From a virus: a DNA stretch of 64,000 nt. The translations under genes and the position numbers were made by a program. Of this stretch, positions 1 to 9,900 are shown piece by piece (within the stretch, counting starts at the first letter, position 1; each line of letters begins with the position of its first letter). The stretch is taken from the IMG/VR virus record IMGVR_UViG_3300027763_000039, positions 44,317 to 108,316 of that record. One strand, 5' to 3'. The notes under the pieces were generated by a model that ran no database searches, was not told the DNA's origin, and saw only the letters and a list, made by a program, of their open reading frames with translations.

Positions 1-3000
1 CATCATAAATATACCATGCTCCAGGAGCTCCGGTGTCGCATTCTATCCAAACACATTCTTCTACTGCTTCTCCTCCAATTTCTCCAATCGGACCAGCTGT
101 TTCACCATTACCACTATAACCTCTACAAGAAGGTAGAGGGATTGTTTTACGAGCATCTGAAGTTCCATATTTGATTTTTCTTTTGTGTCCTTTTAATGCT
201 ATTTGATATCTACAATATTCAAAATTATAATCAAATGGTTGATAATCATATTGTAAAGGACCGTCCGCAGCATCACATGCGCATCTTCCATCAGCTGAGT
301 TCTGACAATATCCATACTCCCAATCTATACAATCGCAATGATCTTCAGTGTCCCCCATAGCCGGAGGAAAAGATCTTCCGTTTATAGCACTATAGTATAG
401 GTTATCAGTTAAAGGATTCTTATAGCTATCTGTAAAACAAGTACCACAAGATGGTTCAGAAACTGATCTTAGACTACCAATACCCTGAGGATGCTGAATA
501 ATTCTTCCTCCTATAGCATTTTCTAAGCTTCTTCCTATTAATAGTCCATTAATACTACCTTCTGCGTAGCAACCAGAAAAAACTCCTCTTGAGTATCTTC
601 CATATTTTATTGTTCTTGATGTGCTTGTTAATTGTTTACAATCAGGACCCATCAGGTCTTTTACTGAATATCCAATACCTAGGTTAGTACATAAAAATTC
701 TGGGGTATCAAGTATTATAGTACCTAAACATCCGTTTGATGGCCTATATTGTACTACATATCCAGGAGGAGACCCATAGTCTGGATTGCACGTGGGATCA
801 GGCATACCTGGTCTCCATGAACCAAGATTACATGATTTCTCACTACCCCAGTATGGCAGTTTGAGATCCTCTCTTGTTACACCATCACATTTAAAGGTAT
901 TATACAATACTCCTTTTGGATGTGCTGACATAAAGCTCACACTATGAGAAGCTATTTCTTGACATTGTGTTAAAAGAGTATATTTTGTAGTGCTCGTATC
1001 ACTTAATTTTTGATCAGATACTGCTAAACTATGACTAGTAACATATTCTGTGTGAATAACACTCTCTATAGTTTGACCATCTATATCTACTACTATTTTA
1101 ATTTTACCATCACCACTTCTGACTGAAATAGTCATATTCTTATTTCCAATAGTGACTGATACAGATTTGCCTACTATCAGTTTACCTTGAATAGATAATG
1201 ATCCATTAATTTTTCTATTAGGAGGAATCGCTGTTTTATCTAAATTGTATGGAATATTTTTGTAAATATCTTTTGCTTCTATTTTCGGATCGGTATATTT
1301 AATTAAATCGTTAAATTTAATAGTTTGAGTGGTGTGGTCATCTATTGTTTTTAAATTAATTTTTTGTTTTTGTCCGTACCTCATACGAAATAAAATTTCA
1401 TTAGCAAAGATATCTGTTTTTTTAACTATTTCTGTATGGTCATCTACTATACTATCTCTCATAATAGATTGATATTCTTCATTTAGTACAGAGATCCTAC
1501 TGATAGTTGGTCTTGGAGAAATATCTTTATTACAGTTAGTAGCTGGATATAGTGTATTATTAGGATTTAATTCTAGTCTTTGTATATAATATAGTTGGTG
1601 ATTTCCTATAGGATTATATATTCCAGCATCATAAGATATAATATATGGAATATCATTAAGCTCCTGAGGAAGAGATTTCATCTTAGGCATTTGAATATGG
1701 TATATACCACTAAAAGATACAGCCCCAATAGTATTAATGCCACAAGCTGCGCTACCACATCCTTCTACTCTATCTGTGTCCCCATAAACTGGCATTTTAA
1801 TAAAGGGGGTGCCTGTGTATGGTGTTTTTTGAAAATGACCAAAATCAAATGTTATCGGAGGGAAAGTTACTGCTGTTGTTGGTGTCGCAGGAGTAAAAAC
1901 ACTACGTATACCTTCTCTATTAATAACACTATTAGATTCTACAGAATATAATTGAAAAGGAACATCATCTACTCGTAATGTATTTGTATAAAAAATTTGA
2001 TCTGGTTTAATAGTTAAAGATGATTTTAATTCATTTCGTTTTTGTATATCTATAAAAAATAATTCTTTGTCATCAGGATTTAAATACTTTGGTTCCCATA
2101 TATGTCCAGCATCTAGATTTTTATATATCCCACTAATTTGAACAACCCCAGAATAAATATAGGATGAATTTTGTAGTAAACTTTTTACTAATATCTCTAA
2201 GTCTTTGATTAATAAACCTTTTAGTATCGGTTTAAAATTTTCTCTTACTGAATTCTCATATTCTCCATAATTTGGCACAAAATTAATATCCATAAATGGC
2301 AAATAGTTATTATAGTCTCTAAAAGTTTTTCTAACTATAGAATTATTTCCATCTCCAATATTGTATTTTTGATGAATAACATATGAAGTTTGACCATTAT
2401 ACTTTATTAAAACTTCTTTTAGATTGTCTTGTTGATCTTTAATCTTAAAATTATAATTGTATAGATTATTATTGGCGTTATTAATAATTGTTTTGAAAAA
2501 CAGATTTTTATACAAACTATCTGGATAGAAGTCGTGTAAATATCCGGTATTATAAATATATTCTCCCAATTCATTAATTAATTTACCATCAAAATCAATC
2601 AAGTCTCCCCATTTGGTGCTGTATATAGGATTTCTTAATAGTGGATCATTTTCACTTCTTAAAGCTTCTGGTATATTTTGATAAATAATGAGAGAATCGA
2701 CACCTAATTTAACGTCTTCTGCTTGATCAATAATGTCTGCTAGTTCGTTAATATTTTCAAGATTTATTTGTGGTATTTTTCCTAAGAAAGTGAAATCTAA
2801 AACACCAATACTATATTTTACATTAGCATCTAATACAAATTCTGTATATATTCTAAGATATTTATCATGAATATTATCGTTGTAATTTAATTTATTTCCA
2901 TTTTTATCAACATATATTGAATAAATACTTTTTTCTATAATTTTACCAATGTATGACAGCTTTGAATTTTCTTTGGAAGTTATCAGGACTTTTTGATCAC

Positions 3001-6000
3001 AGTCTTTTTTAGTATTATGAACATAACCAACCATATTTTTACGATTATAATCAATTTGTAAATCAGTAAATTTAGTATTTAAACGACTAGTATTATTTTC
3101 AGTCTTTTCAGCTACTAAAAAATAAGGTCGAGATCCCTCTATAATTATTTTTTTTGGATCTCTACCTCTAGTGAATTTAGTATTAACAATTGGATAATAG
3201 GTATTAGTTCTTTGCGTATTAAATAGATCATATGTAAAATTGTAAAAGAAATTAAAGTCTAGGTGTTCTTTGGTAGATACTGGAAGAATTGGTCCTGATA
3301 AATTTGTGGTACTATCTTTTTTGGTATATTCAAACAAATATGGTTGACCAATGTACTTTTTTTCGTCTTTAAAATATCCAAAAATATTAGGATCATTATA
3401 TTCCCACCATTGATTGTCTATTTTTAAATAAAGTCTAATTTTTTTATGATTATTTAATTCTGATATTTGTCGTAATGTTTCTTTAAGTTTATCGTTCATT
3501 TCTCCAATAAGCATTGTTCCGTCTTTAAATTTTTCTTCTTTTCTAAATACTTCTTTATCGTAATCGATATATGAAGTTAAATTACCACTATCTCTAACAA
3601 CTGATGTTTTATCAGTTTTATCCCCACCATAGATTAATCCAGTATTAGGATGAAAAAATCCTCTCTTTAGAGTTCCCATTTGTACTGGAGCAGGAACGGC
3701 GAAATTCAACATTTGTTTACGTGGAACTCTCTCAAACTTTACCGCTAGGTCGATACTTTGATTTCCTAGTGTTCCAAATACTGTATTAGTTGAACAAAAA
3801 TTACCAACTGGAGGATATAGAACCAGATCATTACCTACTAAAGCTTCTAAATAAGGATTTACTAGAGTGGCCGTAACAGACGAAGATGATCCTCCTCCTT
3901 TACTAATAAAAACCTTTTTTTGTTTATCATAGACGATAGTATCATTTAAAGTCACGCGAGTTGCAAATCTTTGATATCCTATATTCGGAGAAGAGGTCCA
4001 CTCTAAATTTCCATCCTCATCAAAAGTTTGAGAATAACTTCTGGGTTTAAATAAATCTACATTCTCAATAACTTCTGCCCAAACATCAGCATGGATAGTA
4101 TTATAAGAAGGTAAAGAAAAATTCCATTCTGTTTTTACATAATTAGGGAAATTAACAGTTACTGATTGAGAGCATCCGTATGGTTGTTCTGGGTCTATTT
4201 TTTCAGATAGAGGATCTATGAAATCTCCTACGTCTGGATGACCTGGTATTCTGATATCTCCTAAAAGTTTAGATATGTCCTTTTTTGAATATCCACCATA
4301 AGATGCAAAAACTGGACCATGGTCTGTTGATAAACTTGGAGTAAATAATAGTGGTTCATTGCTATAGGTAATGGATCCACCGTCTGTGCTACAAACATGA
4401 GGATAGTCTGTTATGGGACTCATAGAAAAACATTGACACTCATTTTTGTTAGGAAAACCCAAGCATTCACGAGTATCCTGATTAAAAGCTCTCAATTTTT
4501 CTATATTTAAACCATATATTTTAATGCCAACATCTTTAGTAGTAAAAGTTATACGACATTTGCCGTCCGTTAACCAAAGAGTTCCTTGATCAAAAACTGT
4601 ACTATTATTGGCTCCAAAAATTTTACTATCATAGTAAACACCACCCTGATAATGAAATGCGGCTTTATCTATACGAGGATTCATTATAGCAGCATTATAT
4701 TTTCTGGTATGATATAGACTTTCATCATAAATAGTTCTTGCTGGTCTTGTTCCAACAACGAATCCTTCGCTATTATTAGCAAATCTTGCAGATGGCTCAT
4801 CGCAGAAACTAGCGTCTCCTTGAAAGCCGGAACAAAGAATTGGGTTTAATTTAAGGGCTAATTTATAAGACGATCCATCTCCGCAAGTAGAACATGAAAT
4901 AGTTTCATCTTTTATGAACGGTCTAGGATAAGTGTTATTAAATATCGAACAACCAGTAAAATATACTACTTCTTTAAGGAGATGATCATTGAAAAAAATT
5001 CCGGCCATATTCGCTGTTTTTTTTGTTATCGCCCCATCATTACAAGCAGAAGCATATTTTTTTCTATTGTTAATTTTACTTTCTATTTTTAGATTACCCA
5101 ATTCAATAGTTTGATTGTATGAAAACTGTTTAGAGATTGTTTGATCCAAGCAGTCTACATTAGACGAACAACCTCCTGATAATTTTCGGGTATCATTTAT
5201 TTTTACTCCCATATCAAAACTTAAATCAATATAGGATTGAGATTTAATGTCTTTTGAAAATTCTAATATTGAAGAGGTATTAGGCCCACACCATAAATAA
5301 GCACCATATTTATTACCAAGAGTATGTATTAACTCTTCGTTAGAAGAAATAAAATTCATATGACTAACAGAATCAATCTCGCTAGCAGACATATCTTTAT
5401 TTAGTTGATCTCTTTGTCTATATTCATTAATAGGGTTAACTGGATTCTGATCTTTATCTAATTGTTTGGGATCTAAGTCTGTAGTTTTTAATAAATCTAC
5501 AACAACAGCATCATATTGAGGAGCAGTACTCAGCAAAGCAGCCAACTCAAACTTTTGCAGTTTTGTCATTGTATTTGGTCTGGTTCTTGATTCGTTATCT
5601 GCATTATCTATACGATCATAAATATCTCTCATTAAAGGATATAGATTAGCAGAAATATATGTGAAAGATGAACCAGATGGTATTACGCCTATTACTTCAG
5701 AACCTTTAATCACTTTAATTCCTGAAGGACAAGTATTAACTACCGGGGTTTGGTCTTGTGATTCTGGAGGAGTCATTGATAATGGTTCTGGACCATCATT
5801 TTTAGCATAAAAGACATCTCCGGGAGATATATACAAATCTATACCTGGAATTGGCCTCTTATCATTTTTTCTGTCTTTGTCATAATATCTATACCAGCCA
5901 ATAATGCCAGAAGAATAATTCCATCTCCAATAAGAAGCTAATTTTTCTGTTTTAACAAAAATGTTATTATAGGTATTTTTAGAAAATCCATAGGGGACAG

Positions 6001-6910
6001 CACTGAAATCTTCAATAGACGGCAAAAGATCACTAATCTCTTCGGTTACTGTAGATTCTGGAAGAGGATAAGTATCCGGTACTACCTCAGAGTCTTCTCC
6101 CATTAATCCACTAAATATAACATTAGAAGTATATGAAATAACTCCTGATCCTTTATTATTTAACTTGGTCAGAATAAAATGACCACAAGTACTACCTGTT
6201 TGAAGATGTTTTTTATATGCTTTGTTGTGGTCATCTATATTATCATATTGAGAAGTGATAGGATCATACGGAATTTCGCCTATTCTAGGTTTAAGTTCCC
6301 AGTCTATGCATAGTTGTGGAGTAGATGAATTATTTGTAAAACTATTAAGAGGATTATTGCTACCATTTCCAAACTTAATAAATTTATCAAATCCTAGTCC
6401 AGAACCAACAGCTGGAAACTGTTTCATATGTTTAAAATCGTAAAATTGATCCAAATATTTCTGGTTCAAAATAGGCACTTTTGGTAAATAATCATCTCTT
6501 TCCATTCTAATGTCACACGCACCATTGCAACAATTAGAAGATAAAGATGTTGACTTATTTCCATTAGTATCTTTTAATTTCCAGGCAATTTTATGATTTG
6601 TGTTGTTGCTTAATGAAGAACAGTAAGAACAACGAAAAGAATCAATTGATTCAATTTCATCATAAGATGTTATTACGGGGGAACAACGACAAGGATCAAA
6701 AGATGTATTTAAAGTAGTATCTGGTTGAGATAATAAATCCCCATATTTAATTGTAGAGTGTTTATTGTAAACAACAAGAGGTCTCCACAGCCCACTAGTT
6801 TTTGTATCAAATGGAGGAAGAAGAGTTGTTAGTGATGTTTTATCAATAATAGCAGTACTAAAATCTGCATCAGATAGAAAAGACTTATTAAATATGGAAC
6901 AGCAACTCAT
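1..6910 (-). CDS. Very large (>2300 aa, 3'-truncated by window) cysteine-rich putative tail-tip/structural protein; absent from ORF track
   Basis: ATG at 6910 (MSCCSIFNKSFLSDADFSTAIIDK...), 10 nt after the stop of the upstream gene, with AGGAAA upstream. The same frame is open at spot checks (~3600 RGFFHPNTGLIYGG; window edge ...ECVWIECDTGAPGAWYIYD). Not every codon was checked. Function inferred from position only. Confidence 0.85.
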   Translation of the reverse strand, partial: MSCCSIFNKSFLSDADFSTAIIDKTSLTTLLPPFDTKTSGLWRPLVVYNKHSTIKYGDLLSQPDTTLNTSFDPCRCSPVITSYDEIESIDSFRCSYCSSLSNNTNHKIAWKLKDTNGNKSTSLSSNCCNGACDIRMERDDYLPKVPILNQKYLDQFYDFKHMKQFPAVGSGLGFDKFIKFGNGSNNPLNSFTNNSSTPQLCIDWELKPRIGEIPYDPITSQYDNIDDHNKAYKKHLQTGSTCGHFILTKLNNKGSGVISYTSNVIFSGLMGEDSEVVPDTYPLPESTVTEEISDLLPSIEDFSAVPYGFSKNTYNNIFVKTEKLASYWRWNYSSGIIGWYRYYDKDRKNDKRPIPGIDLYISPGDVFYAKNDGPEPLSMTPPESQDQTPVVNTCPSGIKVIKGSEVIGVIPSGSSFTYISANLYPLMRDIYDRIDNADNESRTRPNTMTKLQKFELAALLSTAPQYDAVVVDLLKTTDLDPKQLDKDQNPVNPINEYRQRDQLNKDMSASEIDSVSHMNFISSNEELIHTLGNKYGAYLWCGPNTSSILEFSKDIKSQSYIDLSFDMGVKINDTRKLSGGCSSNVDCLDQTISKQFSYNQTIELGNLKIESKINNRKKYASACNDGAITKKTANMAGIFFNDHLLKEVVYFTGCSIFNNTYPRPFIKDETISCSTCGDGSSYKLALKLNPILCSGFQGDASFCDEPSARFANNSEGFVVGTRPARTIYDESLYHTRKYNAAIMNPRIDKAAFHYQGGVYYDSKIFGANNSTVFDQGTLWLTDGKCRITFTTKDVGIKIYGLNIEKLRAFNQDTRECLGFPNKNECQCFSMSPITDYPHVCSTDGGSITYSNEPLLFTPSLSTDHGPVFASYGGYSKKDISKLLGDIRIPGHPDVGDFIDPLSEKIDPEQPYGCSQSVTVNFPNYVKTEWNFSLPSYNTIHADVWAEVIENVDLFKPRSYSQTFDEDGNLEWTSSPNIGYQRFATRVTLNDTIVYDKQKKVFISKGGGSSSSVTATLVNPYLEALVGNDLVLYPPVGNFCSTNTVFGTLGNQSIDLAVKFERVPRKQMLNFAVPAPVQMGTLKRGFFHPNTGLIYGGDKTDKTSVVRDSGNLTSYIDYDKEVFRKEEKFKDGTMLIGEMNDKLKETLRQISELNNHKKIRLYLKIDNQWWEYNDPNIFGYFKDEKKYIGQPYLFEYTKKDSTTNLSGPILPVSTKEHLDFNFFYNFTYDLFNTQRTNTYYPIVNTKFTRGRDPKKIIIEGSRPYFLVAEKTENNTSRLNTKFTDLQIDYNRKNMVGYVHNTKKDCDQKVLITSKENSKLSYIGKIIEKSIYSIYVDKNGNKLNYNDNIHDKYLRIYTEFVLDANVKYSIGVLDFTFLGKIPQINLENINELADIIDQAEDVKLGVDSLIIYQNIPEALRSENDPLLRNPIYSTKWGDLIDFDGKLINELGEYIYNTGYLHDFYPDSLYKNLFFKTIINNANNNLYNYNFKIKDQQDNLKEVLIKYNGQTSYVIHQKYNIGDGNNSIVRKTFRDYNNYLPFMDINFVPNYGEYENSVRENFKPILKGLLIKDLEILVKSLLQNSSYIYSGVVQISGIYKNLDAGHIWEPKYLNPDDKELFFIDIQKRNELKSSLTIKPDQIFYTNTLRVDDVPFQLYSVESNSVINREGIRSVFTPATPTTAVTFPPITFDFGHFQKTPYTGTPFIKMPVYGDTDRVEGCGSAACGINTIGAVSFSGIYHIQMPKMKSLPQELNDIPYIISYDAGIYNPIGNHQLYYIQRLELNPNNTLYPATNCNKDISPRPTISRISVLNEEYQSIMRDSIVDDHTEIVKKTDIFANEILFRMRYGQKQKINLKTIDDHTTQTIKFNDLIKYTDPKIEAKDIYKNIPYNLDKTAIPPNRKINGSLSIQGKLIVGKSVSVTIGNKNMTISVRSGDGKIKIVVDIDGQTIESVIHTEYVTSHSLAVSDQKLSDTSTTKYTLLTQCQEIASHSVSFMSAHPKGVLYNTFKCDGVTREDLKLPYWGSEKSCNLGSWRPGMPDPTCNPDYGSPPGYVVQYRPSNGCLGTIILDTPEFLCTNLGIGYSVKDLMGPDCKQLTSTSRTIKYGRYSRGVFSGCYAEGSINGLLIGRSLENAIGGRIIQHPQGIGSLRSVSEPSCGTCFTDSYKNPLTDNLYYSAINGRSFPPAMGDTEDHCDCIDWEYGYCQNSADGRCACDAADGPLQYDYQPFDYNFEYCRYQIALKGHKRKIKYGTSDARKTIPLPSCRGYSGNGETAGPIGEIGGEAVEECVWIECDTGAPGAWYIYD

Positions 6911-6920
6911 TTTTTATTTC

Positions 6921-9900
6921 CTAACAATTAACCGATTGTAAAATCCATGACCCATTCATAAAAATAAACATTCCTAAATCATCAGGCACAACATTAAAAC
7001 CCATCGGATTATTAAAAGTAGTAAGATATGTCTCAGGGGTTATGACTGGTGCCGGAGATGTGGTTGAGCTTATATTGGCAGCCGTATTAGCTGGATCCTG
7101 ATAAATATTATAGATAGATACCTGTGTTTCTCCTTTAATGATTCCAGAGGTTATGTAGTGTTTATTATAAATGGGTTCATAAAATCCATTTTGACCATTA
7201 TATTTACAATACACAGGAGCATTTCGTGGGACGCAAATAATATTCAGATTATCTTGAACAAATACTAATTTTCTTAAACCACTTGGTAATGGATCGTTTG
7301 TATATGAATCTTCTATAACAGCTCCTCTAGAGGGTTGTCTGTTAACTAAATCAGTTTCTAATACTACCCAAATTGGTTTATAATTGGCTCCCACAGTCCA
7401 TACTCCAGCATTAGCATCCCATCTTAAATCAATAGGTCCAACTGGCCAAGTACTAGGTAATTGTCCCCAACCTTTATAAAACTGATGCTCCTTGTATGGC
7501 TCTGTCCATGTACCATCGGGTTTTTGGCTTTGATTTTTGTATATGATTTGTTTGGTTTTTGTATCTTTAACTATTTCTCCATCAATAACTTTTGGTTCTC
7601 CAGAAGCATTAGGAACAGGATATCCTTCTAGATCATAACCCCAAGCATGGACCATTAAAGGTCCGCGTAAACCAAAATATCTCATATTATTAGCTGGGGT
7701 GATTCCTGGAGCCACCCCCCGTTTGCTACAAAACTCCATATAATTTTGATCATAGTCTAAATAGCTACGCTCTATATTTTTTGCATATGCTGGTTTTAAA
7801 CCATTAGCCCCTTCTGGTATTGTTAATCCTTGACCTATCAGATCTATACTATGACCAGTTTTATCAGTAAATTGTCTATTTTGAAAACTACTAAATTCCC
7901 CAACAGACATTAATACAGGATTTAGTGTTGCATAATTAATAATTGGATTACCACTTAATCCATTAGGTAGTCCTGAAGAATTTTTACCGATCAAAGTCAA
8001 ATCATCACCACTAGCTAAAATATATGGAGGATTAGTTTCTTTTGGAGATGCTGAAACCAAAGCTTTTTTCTTTTTATCTTCTATAGTTTCACAAAATGGA
8101 CATTCTACTTCTTTTTCGATTGCAGCATTAGTCATTGTGCTAACATTAACAGTAGTCAAAGTATTATCAGGATCTAAATATTTATATTTATATTTTGCAG
8201 TTCCTTGACAAAATGGACATCCTGGCCTGGGATACTTGGTAATACTAAAAGTGGATCCGTGTGGAGTTGGATAAAATGAAATGGGAGATAGTATTCCGTC
8301 CAAACTCATCATCGATTTATTTTCATATCCTTTTTGAAATTCTGTAGGTAATTCTTGAACGTCCTGTAAAGAAACATTGGTTGATTCCCTTATCATATTT
8401 ATAGGATCATATGAAATGTTTCTCGTTACAAAAGGCATCTTAGACCAACCAGGAGAATAATTTAAATCTTTGTATATATCGGTGATGGTACTATCTGGAC
8501 GAACAATAGTAGCATTTGAACCAGTTAAAATTTCAAATGGACTCCATCTTAAAACCTTAGGAGTATTGTCTTCGTTGTGTATATTAAAAAGATTTCCAAA
8601 ATATCTTTGATTACTTAGTGTTGGACCATATTGTGGACCATTATTTAATGACCCTAATACTCCCATTAAGCTGGTACTTATTTCTTTTCTTCTTTTGAGT
8701 GATTCTTGACCTATTTCTTTTATTCTATCTGCATTTTCTTTGTTATAAAAACCCAATTTTCTAGTATAGGTTCTAAAATTATAATTAGTAGTAATACCTC
8801 CTTCACCAACTTGAACTTGAATACTACTAATAATAGGACCTCCAAATTTTTGATTTTCACCTATTAGAGCATCTCCTAAATTAAAAGCTGTTCCTGAAAG
8901 ACTTGTTAACAGTGCTCCGGGAACTTGAATAGAACCTTGTTCAGTGATTTGTTGATAGTTAACGTCATCTTTAATTCTTGCCATAACAGCAGCGTCTAAA
9001 GCATCCATACCACCATAATTCCAAGGAACTAATCCAGCATCATGTTGAACTTTTACGCTTCCTACAAGATTATTAACAGATGATGGTACATCTAAAACTG
9101 TTTTATCAAAGATTGCTTCTTCTATTAGTCCAGGATGATTGGTCCATGGTCCATATGTAGCCATTGAACTTTCAAGTGGTATAGCAGCAAAATATGGGTA
9201 AGCTGCTTTTTCTAAGACATGCATATTATTTGATGACAAGTTTGAATCTTGACCATTATTGTCCAAGAATACTTCATTTTGTAGACCAGGATATAAAAAT
9301 GATGCCATGACACCTCTTGGGTCCCAAGTTAAAGTATAAGGATATCTACGCAAACCTCCATTAACTGTTGAATTTGTTCCAACGTCCGCTCCATTTCTTA
9401 CAGGAGATGGTATAGTAGAATCTTTCAGCATTTTCAGTAAAAAATCTTGACTTATAATATGTCCTACTTCTTTATCCGCTATATTTCTACCATTACCCAT
9501 TTTAACTGGTGAAGATATTTGTACTACTACTCTAGCGTCAGCGTCTGGCTCAATAAAAACAAAATCTTTTTCACAATTAGCTTTAACATATGTTTTACCA
9601 ATTTGTTTACTAACTTTACTATTTGCTCCTGTACTAGATCCTATAGGAAATCCGTGAGCTGTGCGAAAAGCCATAGAATTTGCAAATCCACCAGTATATA
9701 TGTCAATATATTCTTCTGGAGGCAAAGAATGACTGATAGAGCTATAATAATTATTATTTTCATCTACGGCATCAGTTGCTCTACGACTATTTAGTAAAAA
9801 TGTCCAATTGGTAACTAAATGAGATTTTCCATAATTACTAGCAGGAATGTTACTAGCATTGAAAATATATTGTTCAGCTACCCACTTTTCTCTACTATTA

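Noticed and set aside
1-6920. Possible non-coding island or stop-codon recoding to explain the ORF-track gap
   Set aside because: Explained by a single minus-strand ORF truncated at the window edge. Other genes are long and intact in the standard code and end in TAA, TAG and TGA.
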